Part shown: positions 54,789 through 64,000 of the stretch, one piece after another | Layout: each line of letters opens with the position of its first letter | How positions within the stretch are numbered: the first letter of the stretch is position 1 | NCBI GenBank assembly: GCA_964016885.1 | Contig: OZ024742.1 | Location: forward strand, 172,546,001 to 172,610,000 | Reading direction: 5' to 3' | Length of the DNA: 64,000 nucleotides | Source of the DNA: Eledone cirrhosa | Lineage: Eukaryota | Notes under the pieces: generated by a model | The model's database searches: none | The model's input: the letters and a program-made list of their open reading frames with translations, nothing else | What the model was told of the DNA's origin: nothing | Translations under genes and position numbers: made by a program

Positions 54789-57136
54789 AAGTAAACAAAA
54801 ATAACAAAGCTAACGACGCAGTACATTGAAGAAATATATTATTAAGCTTATTTAATAATTTTATACAATTGTACATCATAATCATATAAAACATTTTACA
54901 AAAGAGAACCACCATTAAAGAAAAACCATACACAATCATTATGATGCGCCACAAGCAACATATGTGGTAAAGAATAACCCATTAAATGATACTGGCTTAA
55001 ATTATTACACAGGATTACGTGGGGTTATTGATTCTTCAATTCTTCCTTGACTCATCAAAAAGACAATAAAAAATATTTCACATCGCATTTTGAAAAAGTC
55101 CCACACACCCAAACCATTGACACAATAAATCAAAACTACTGAAAATTGTTTGTTCCAGTAGAGTTTTCTATAATCGTATGCCTCGCTGACACTAAGCAAA
55201 TATGTCCACATCTTTAGAGAAAATGAGAGAAACGTTGATAACCTCTTTATTTTTAACCCATGTAAACGGAGTACGTAAATCGTTTAGAGCAAAGGAATAA
55301 TAACATAAGTGATATTCCAATTGAATCCTCCCACATCCCACAGTTGTTGTAACCAGTTACATCACAAGACATACAAATACCAGATGTGTTACTTGCAATA
55401 GTTGTCATATAACATGATTGTATTTGAACCACGGGAAACTGAGTGTGCACGATGATTTTGAAAATTAAAATGGTATGAAATAATTGAGAGAAGGCGACTG
55501 TGTATGATATCTAATCACTTACTTCATATACATCATAACTTTACACAATATATTTTTAACTGAGATCTACATGGGAAAACATCGATGAATAATCTGGTTG
55601 GGTTATCTGGAAATTAACACTTATTCACAGATGTACTTTCATATCTACACCGTAATAGCACATTGATTGAAAGAATAAACTTACAATAGAATAGAAAATA
55701 AAGCTATTAAAATCTACATCTCGATGAAGTGGAAAGCAATTTTAATTCTTGCTTTATTCCGAGATACCGACATTACATTTGATCGTGATAATAGTTGGTT
55801 GTAATCGTTTTAATCGTTGCCTGAACAAGTAGGCTGCACTTTTTAAGTACTTCAGTGATACGAGCTTACTCTTAATTACAAGCTACCAATTAATGTACAA
55901 TAATTATCAAAGCATCCAAATGTAAGCAGTAGTTTCACAGCTAGAGGCTGATAATTAATAAAAAAACAAAATGAACTTTACTGTTATGTGATACGTTTGC
56001 AACCTCAAGTCTCCTAGTTAGAGCTTTAATTATCGATTGGGGGAAAAGACGGAAATGCTACCGATTCATCCCAATTTCTCTCTACAAATCACTATTCACA
56101 TGAGGCTCTAAATTATATAACAGCTTTTAAAATTGGTTTTCCAAATTTATTACTTCATGCTTTACACCTATTAAGACACACTGATTCCACTAAATATTCT
56201 CTATTCTGATGGAAGAATTAAAATATAGTTAACAATCTAATGTAAGTGTGAAGCACCTAATTATATACCTGATAAAACTATGAGCTTGAATCGTTTCAGT
56301 TTGCTCTGATATTCTGCCCCAACGTACAGTGTATTAGACGAACGGCGCTATCCGTACGGTTATCTGCTAACACGTTGCGGGTAAAGAGGGAAATACGGCA
56401 TAATATAGAATAACATGGCATTCCAAATAATGCCTAAAAATTTAACTCCCTTCCACACACATGGCAGTAGCTGATCTGAGGTTATGGTAAATGGCACTTA
56501 CCCAAGATGTCATGCAGTGGGGTCGAAGCTGGAAACTAAAGAGGGAAAACAACTTCTGATCCATTAGAACTGCAAGACGTATTTCTTAACCATGAATACA
56601 CACATTTATATACACAGGTACATAATACGTCACATGAGCTGCAAATAGTTTAAAGTTGTATTGCCATACAGTGAACCCTACGTTTATTTTAATATTATGA
56701 ATGAAAACAAAACTAGAAATATCAAAAACTGGTTTGATTAAAACCTTGATTTATATAATCAGTGCAATTAAGAGTAAAAACAAATTGAAACGTTGCATAC
56801 TATTCTCTACTTTTGCAGACATTAATACTAAATGGGAAAATGTTTTCTCTGAGGAAGTGTAAAATTAATAACGTGCTGATACACTGCACCGAAAGATAAT
56901 TAACTGCCGGATGGATGCTGCCCAAAGTAAGAAATATAGGGGAAGTGATTTTACGGGGAAGATGGTGATGGTGATTATAGATGCCTGAATGTTTATATAT
57001 ATGTGGGGCAGGGATACTTATGTTGAGAGTAATGCCAATATATGGAAATGTGTGAGTGTATGTATTTGACCAACATCAGGTATCAGTTTCTTATATGAAC
57101 CAACGCACTAGTATACATATTAAAATAACACGCACA

Positions 57137-57220
<84 letters not shown>

Positions 57221-57223
<3 letters not shown>

Positions 57224-57784
57224 GTAATAAAATGAAAACGAAATTTCATTTCTCACTCTTAGTACGGCATTTACTTAAATGTAATTATGTATGTATACGT
57301 ACATACATATATGTATACAGACGTACAGTAGCATGCATATATATATATATATATATACAGGTGCACATACATATATGTACGTATCAGTTTAGCGGACGCC
57401 TATTATAACGCCCGCTTTGTTCGTTTGTAAACAAACTGAACAGCCTGAATTTATGCCGTACGGTGTTATGGCAACCACGTCACCTTTTTGTTCAACACTG
57501 ACACAGGAACGATGTACTAGTTTCAAGCTTGTTAGCTAACATCAGCACCATATACCCTTCTGCCAGATGGTTGAACGTTCGAAAGTATATACTTTCCTTA
57601 TGAAAATTAACGGCTGAGCAGCCTAGTTTTCATATCGAGTGAGTTCGGCCAGGCATACCGAAAACGATAAGTTGTAATAAAATGAAATCGAAATTTCATT
57701 TCTCACTCTTGGTACGGCACTTACTTAAATGTAAGTATGTATGTATACGTACATACATATATGTATATAGACGTAAAGTAGCAT

Positions 57785-57825
<41 letters not shown>

Positions 57826-58280
57826 TACATACAGGTACACATACATATTTTCATAAGGAAAGCCGTTAATTTTCATAAGGAATGTATATACATACATACT
57901 TACATTTAAGTAAGTGCCGTACTAAGAGTGAGAAATGAAATTTCGTTTTCATTTTATTACAACTTATCGTTTCCGGTACGCCTGGCCGAACTCACTCGAT
58001 ATGCAAATTAGACATCTCAGCCGTTAATTTTCATACGGAAATTATATACTTTCGAACGTTCAACCATCTGGCAGAAGCGTATACGGTGCTGATGATAGCT
58101 AACAAGCTTAAAACTAGTACACTTTCCTGTGTCAGTGTTGAACAAAAAGGTGACGTGGTTGCCTTAACACCGTACGGCATAAATTCAGGCTGTTCAGTTT
58201 AATTACAAACGAACAAAGCGGGCGTTATAATAAGCGTCCGCTAAACTGATACGTACATATATGTATGTGTACCTGTATGT
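57221..58280. mobile_element. Family F: 450-bp partial tandem plus inverted copy, hammerhead-bearing, in (AT)n
   Basis: gttgtaataaaatgaaa occurs at 57221 and 57671, and the reverse complement copy spans ~57870-58280. Hammerhead motifs lie at 57511-57549 (-) and 58085-58123 (+). Confidence 0.88.
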
Positions 58281-58318
58281 ATATATTTATATATATATAT
58301 ATATACATACATACTTAC

Positions 58319-58377
<59 letters not shown>

Positions 58378-58389
58378 TATTTATATATA

Positions 58390-58665
58390 TATTGTTATAC
58401 TTGGGGAGGGTCATATTTGTGTAATATTGCCAGAATTAATAACAGAACAAACTCACTGTTTGTTTGGTTTTCGCTTCTCGCATCTGTGTCTTTTATATCG
58501 GTAATCTAACTTACTCGGTCCTCAATGTTGCCATTGACTGAGCGACGATCAAAAATAATACACATACAATATAGACACAAACACATATATATAGTTTATC
58601 ATAAATCTTTCGTTGCACATCTGCAACATCGTCAGTGGTGCTATCTTTTCCTCATGTTGTATTGT
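58390..58665 (-). mobile_element. Solo Penelope pLTR fragment (same family as 38465-39660) with hammerhead
   Basis: attgttatacttggggagggtcat terminus; rc acca-CTGACGA-t-GTTGCA-gatg-TGCAAC-GAAA-gatt-TA-tgat at 58598-58639. Confidence 0.85.
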
Positions 58666-58688
58666 ATATATGTATACACACAAATATA

Positions 58689-58822
<134 letters not shown>

Positions 58823-58847
58823 TACATACATATATAAATATATATAC

Positions 58848-59320
<473 letters not shown>

Positions 59321-59694
59321 GTATATGTATACATATATCTGTGGGTATATATATATATATATGTATATATATATGAATTTAGATATAATTTCTCCTACTG
59401 AGTCGATCTCTAGCTTGGCTAATAACCAGGCAACAGTGGAGAAACAGTACTCAGAGACATCTATCAGCAATGTACAAACTCTTTACCAACATCTGACTTC
59501 TGTTTTTAAAGTTTAAACGCATATATGTAAATGAATCTGGAACTCGGACGGATTTTCTTCGAGGCTACGGCAGCCGGTGATCACTTAGGACTATAACTAC
59601 AGGTCACCCGGTCGAGTTTCGCTGCAACCATCCTTCCCAGGACACATTTAGTTCCAACAACGTTATCAGCACCACAACAACCAGGTGGAACTCG

Positions 59695-59729
<35 letters not shown>

Positions 59730-60174
59730 TGTATGTATGTATGTATGTATGTATGTATGTATGTATGTATGTATATGTATGTGTGTGTGTACATAGGTAT
59801 ATATTTATACAGAGCGGTTGCCGATCAGCAGAAATTAAAAATTAGAATTGTTGCTCTGAAATAAGCATCAATAAATGCAGAAACAAGGCATTGTCAGCTT
59901 TATCTCCCCCTGTTTGCTGAAATTAAAGTAAGTTAGTCTGTCACTACTCTAAAACAATAGCATAGGGTCTTCAAAATGCTTTTTATTAAGCATACAGTGT
60001 ATTGCAAAATACACTATATAAACATTCATATATATATAGCTATTTCAGAGCAACAATTCTAATTTTTAATTTCTGCTTGACCGGCAACCGCTCTGTATAA
60101 TCAGTTCCTGATTATTTAATAGAATTCTATAAGAACTAAAACATCCAGGTTCTCAGCAAACGAGAGGAGTAGTT

Positions 60175-60220
60175 GGCTTTGATAAGCATCAATAAATGCA
60201 GAAACAAAGCCTTGTCAGCT
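60175..60220 (+). ncRNA. Type I hammerhead, U3:A8 variant, GUC site
   Basis: ggct-TTGATAA-GCAT-caataa-ATGC-a-GAAA-caaagccttg-TC-agct. Confidence 0.68.
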
Positions 60221-60497
60221 TTATCTCCCCCTGTTTGCTGAAATTAAAGTAAGTGACTCTGTCACTACTCTAAAACAATAGCATAATCTCTTCAAAATGC
60301 TTTTTATTAACCATACAGTGTATTGCAAAATACACTATATATACATTCATATATATATATAGCAAGTTCAGAGCAAACATTCTAATTTTTAATTTCTGCT
60401 TGACCGGCAACCGCTCTGTATAATCAGTTCCTGATTATGTACTAGAATTCTATAAGAACCAACACATCCAGGTTCTCAGCAAACGGGAGTAGTAGTT

Positions 60498-60543
60498 GGC
60501 TTTGATAAGTATCATTAAATGCAGAAACAAGGCCTTGTCAGCT
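60498..60543 (+). ncRNA. Type I hammerhead, U3:A8 variant, GUC site
   Basis: ggct-TTGATAA-GTAT-cattaa-ATGC-a-GAAA-CAAGGCCTTG-TC-agct, with perfect palindromic stem III. Confidence 0.7.
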
Positions 60544-60700
60544 TTATCTCCCCCTGTTTGCTGAAAGTAAAGTAAGTGAGTCTGTCACTACTCTAAAACA
60601 ATAGCATACGGTCTTCAAAATGCTTTTTATTAAGCTTACAGTGTATTGCAAAATACACTATATATACATTCATATATATATAGCTATTTCAGAGCAACAA

Positions 60701-60763
<63 letters not shown>

Positions 60764-61825
60764 GTAGAGTAATGGGAAACACTCATCACAAGGAATCTGT
60801 TAAAACAGCAAACTGCCGTCAATGTCGGCGCTGGAAGTGTGTTGGCCCGCATAAGTGATAGGAAGAAATGAGGAAAGAAATAAATGGTCGAGAGGCGATC
60901 TCACAAATATTACATATTCTAATCAGCTTTTAGACAGCCTGTGGTTTCGGCGATATATAGACGGCTCATAACAACGAATGAATAAATATCTCTGCTGGTA
61001 TAATGCGATTTAATATGCCTGATATAATGTGCCTGATATTATTGCCTGAGAACGTGAAGACCTGGTTTTATTCATATTAACACTTAAATTAATATTTCCT
61101 CTCCTCTCTGCACCACATAGTTTGATCTTTTCTCGTTATATTTAAGATGCTGCGCTTACGATCCCAGCTGTGTTGTATTAACCATTGTTTTATGGAAGAT
61201 CCTTCCATAGATTTCTCCTCCTTTAACGAGGATCAGTTCTCATGTATAACACAGATCTACATTTAAATTCAATTAAATTCTAGTGTAACGTTCACTCTCG
61301 AGAAAAAGAAATATAAACACTACCGTTCAGTATAATTGAGAAAATTGAAACATCCATATATTCTCAGCTTGGATCTTGAAACTCAAGATGGAATAAATAT
61401 AACAGGATCAAAACTGAGGTGACAAAGGGGAATAAGAATATTATATAAAAAAATGTTTACAGAATATGTGACAAACAAGATTTGATAATTAATCATGAAA
61501 ATTAAAATACCAACCGTTTATTCATACAAGCCTGGAATGAGTTTGTTTCATAACGAAAAATAAAGCGAATGTGAAAACAACCGGGTGTGTGATTCATTGA
61601 CATGACACTCCTAATATATAAGAACTTAAGAATTATGTGCAGATCTTAATATATATGTCAATATATATATCTCAATATATATATATATTTATTAAAATAA
61701 CAGATTAAAGTCTTCACATTTATTGTAATTACTATATATATATATATATATATATATCCTGCTGGAAGGAGTGTTGCAGTACTTTGAGCCCACAACGTGT
61801 AAGAGCACCAATAATATAATAATAA

Positions 61826-62008
61826 TAATTGTTTCTACTTTAGGCACAAGGCCAGCAATTACCCAGTACATTACTCATACTTTATTTTATCGACCCCGTA
61901 AGGATGAAAGGCAAAGTTAACCTCGGCGGGATTTGAACTCAGAATGAAAAGGGCGGTAACTCTATGCGTCAAAGCATGGTGTCCAACCCTCTACCGATAC
62001 TGCCAATC
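61826..62008 (-). mobile_element. SINE family A in an (AAT)n tract
   Basis: rc matches the consensus. Confidence 0.92.
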
Positions 62009-62024
62009 TATAATAATAATAATA

Positions 62025-62954
62025 ATGCTTTCTATATTAACCACAAGGGTTTACACAAAGTAGATATTAAGGACAGTACACGACAATACAGGATGTGCAA
62101 ATGGGCATTTCTGCGGGTAAAAAAAAACAAACAGAGGATGTAACAAAAAAAGAAAAATGAAAAATTCCCCAATAGAGGGAGACCTCCAAAGGCGATCGTG
62201 GTGAAAGCCCATTAAAAAAAGCCATGGTGACCCTGACCACGAGGGCAAGTGCCCTCTCACAGTTTTCCACATTCAATTTACAGTCATATAATTAGAGTAT
62301 ATCACTCGGGCCATACTTGCTTCTCTCAACCATCTTTCAACAAAATGCTGGGAAGAGAGCACTTCCCTGTCTACCCTGAATTTTCTTTTCAAATACAATT
62401 TTAAAAAGTTAATCAGGGAATCACCGAAGAGGTAAGTGCTCGTCTTCAGCCCTTTCAGACGCGTCGACCATACTATCTCTTTCGCCATGGCAACCAGACA
62501 GATAAAAACTGCCTGCTCTTCCTGGCTAAAGGAAGAAGGTGGGGTAATCCTCACGATGGACTCAGCTGATAGCCGGATCCTTTCTACACGCGACAGCAGG
62601 TGTTCGACATAAATACACAAGTCAGAAATGCTCGGACACTGGACGAGTACATGCAGGACGGTTTCGACGCCCTGCAGGCATCTGGGACATGCTCGGCTGG
62701 CGGCATTCCATATCCCGAACTGGCAAAGCTCCTTGGTAGCACTGCCAGGCCAGGGATTTCTGCAAATTGTCCATAGACCCCCGCCCGAAAGTTCTTTAGA
62801 AGAAATTGGCTAGTTGATATTCGTCGACGCCTATATTTTCCCTAAGTACGTCGTCGCTCTTCCCCTCCACTAATCCTCTATAGAACGCCAAATAGAGTTT
62901 CCACCGATCACGTTGCCCGACTGGTCGAGGGCAGTGAGCGCCTGAAGACATTTC

Positions 62955-62955
<1 letters not shown>
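62025..62955 (-). mobile_element. Tx1/L1-type LINE 3' fragment flanked by (AAT)n on both sides
   Basis: QEEQAVFICLVAMAKEIVWSTRLKGLKT...FVERW; homologous to 17118-18020. Confidence 0.85.
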
Positions 62956-62992
<37 letters not shown>

Positions 62993-63206
62993 TTTTTTTA
63001 AAAGTATATGTGCTGTATCAACTGTCTTACGAATGCACACTGTGAATTTATTTGCCCTAGTTGTCAGGAAGACACTCGGCATAGAAAGAAAATAAAAATA
63101 ATAATAATAATTACATATATATATAAATAGAGAGAGAGAGAGAGAGAGAAAGAAATGTTTTCGCTTGCTGCCGATGCGTCTGGAGAACCGTCCTTGTCCC
63201 TGAGGT

Positions 63207-63299
63207 GTTCCTTGACAAGCTGATTGGCCTCACACCGATGGTGCATATCTATAAAGTACAATTCTTTCATACGGATCAGCGAAACTGTCTAGTCGGGAC
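63207..63299 (+). ncRNA. Type I hammerhead, U3:A8 variant, long stem II, GUC site
   Basis: gttcc-TTGACAA-GCTGATT...GATCAGC-GAAA-ctgtctag-TC-gggac. Confidence 0.7.
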
Positions 63300-63364
63300 T
63301 TTGAAGAAAAAATAGATATATTTGTTTCCATTATTCCCTATTATTTTATATATATATATATATA

Positions 63365-63497
63365 TGTGGAAAAAATGAAACGAAATTTCATTTCTCTCTC
63401 ACTCTTAGGACGGCTGTTACTTAAATATAAGTATGTATACGTACATACATATATGTATAGAGACGTACAGTAGTATGTATATATATATACATACATT

Positions 63498-63548
<51 letters not shown>

Positions 63549-64000
63549 GTATGGATTTACCGAACATTTATTATAATGCTCGGTTAGTTTGTAAGCAAAC
63601 ATCCGGAATTAAGCCGTACATTGTTTAGCAACCTTCGTTGCCCTTTTGGTTCAACACTGACAAATGAACGATATACTAGTTTCAAGCTTATTTGCTATCG
63701 TCAGCACCGTATCGATTTGCATATCGAGTGAATTAATCGGCCGGGCGCACCGAAAACGATGAATGGAAAAAATTAAACGAAATTTCATTTCTCACTCACA
63801 CTTGGTACGGCTGTTACTTAAATATAAGTATGTATACGTACATACATATATGTATACAGACGTACAGTAGTATGTATATATATACATTCATTCACACATA
63901 TATATATGTACGTATGGATTTACCGAACATTTATTAAAATGCTCGGGATGTTTGTTTACAAACAAACCGAGCATTATAATAAATGTTCGGTAAATCCATA
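63365..64000. mobile_element. Family F copy 2: 397-bp partial tandem, then start of an inversion (truncated by the window end)
   Basis: tggaaaaa..aaacgaaatttcatttctc occurs at 63367 and 63764; a palindrome centre lies near 63958. Confidence 0.85.
63669..63709 (-). ncRNA. Minimal type I hammerhead ribozyme, intact core, GUA site
   Basis: cggtg-CTGACGA-t-AGC-aaataa-GCT-t-GAAA-CTAG-TA-tatcg. Confidence 0.82.

Larger units (their letters stand above)
59805..60708 (+). mobile_element. Family G: ~322-bp tandem array (about 2.6 units) with one hammerhead motif per unit and an inverted 5' segment
   Basis: Units start at 59862, 60183 and 60506. Segment 59805-59862 is the reverse complement of 60041-60100. 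The array ends in (AT)n. Confidence 0.88.

Noticed and set aside
54790-55450. Short Cys-containing or hydrophobic minus-strand ORFs as possible host exons
   Set aside because: No recognisable domain, frequent stops and no clear splice context.
59862-60708. CRISPR-like or plain satellite interpretation of the tandem array
   Set aside because: Whole ~322-bp units repeat with no unique spacers, there are no cas genes, and the context is eukaryotic.

Overview
This is an AT-rich, microsatellite-dense animal genomic window. The SINE/LINE repertoire suggests an octopod cephalopod, but that is an inference. I found no convincing host protein-coding exon, rRNA, tRNA or CRISPR array, and most ORFs in the track are (AT)n/(GT)n/(GA)n artefacts. 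The window is almost entirely transposon-derived. It holds two GIY-YIG Penelope-like retroelements, a complete but decayed hAT (Charlie/SPIN-type) transposon with TIRs and an 8-bp TSD, and CRE and R4/Dong-like LINE 3' fragments. It also holds three RTE LINEs, a Tx1/L1-type LINE family and about 13 copies of one tRNA-derived SINE. The most notable signal is a set of short non-coding fold-back (inverted-repeat) and partial-tandem elements sitting in (AT)n tracts. At least seven unrelated families of these carry type I hammerhead ribozyme motifs with palindromic stem III. Three families show the compensatory U3:A8 core variant, and one forms a ~322-bp tandem array with one hammerhead motif per unit, which is retrozyme-like.
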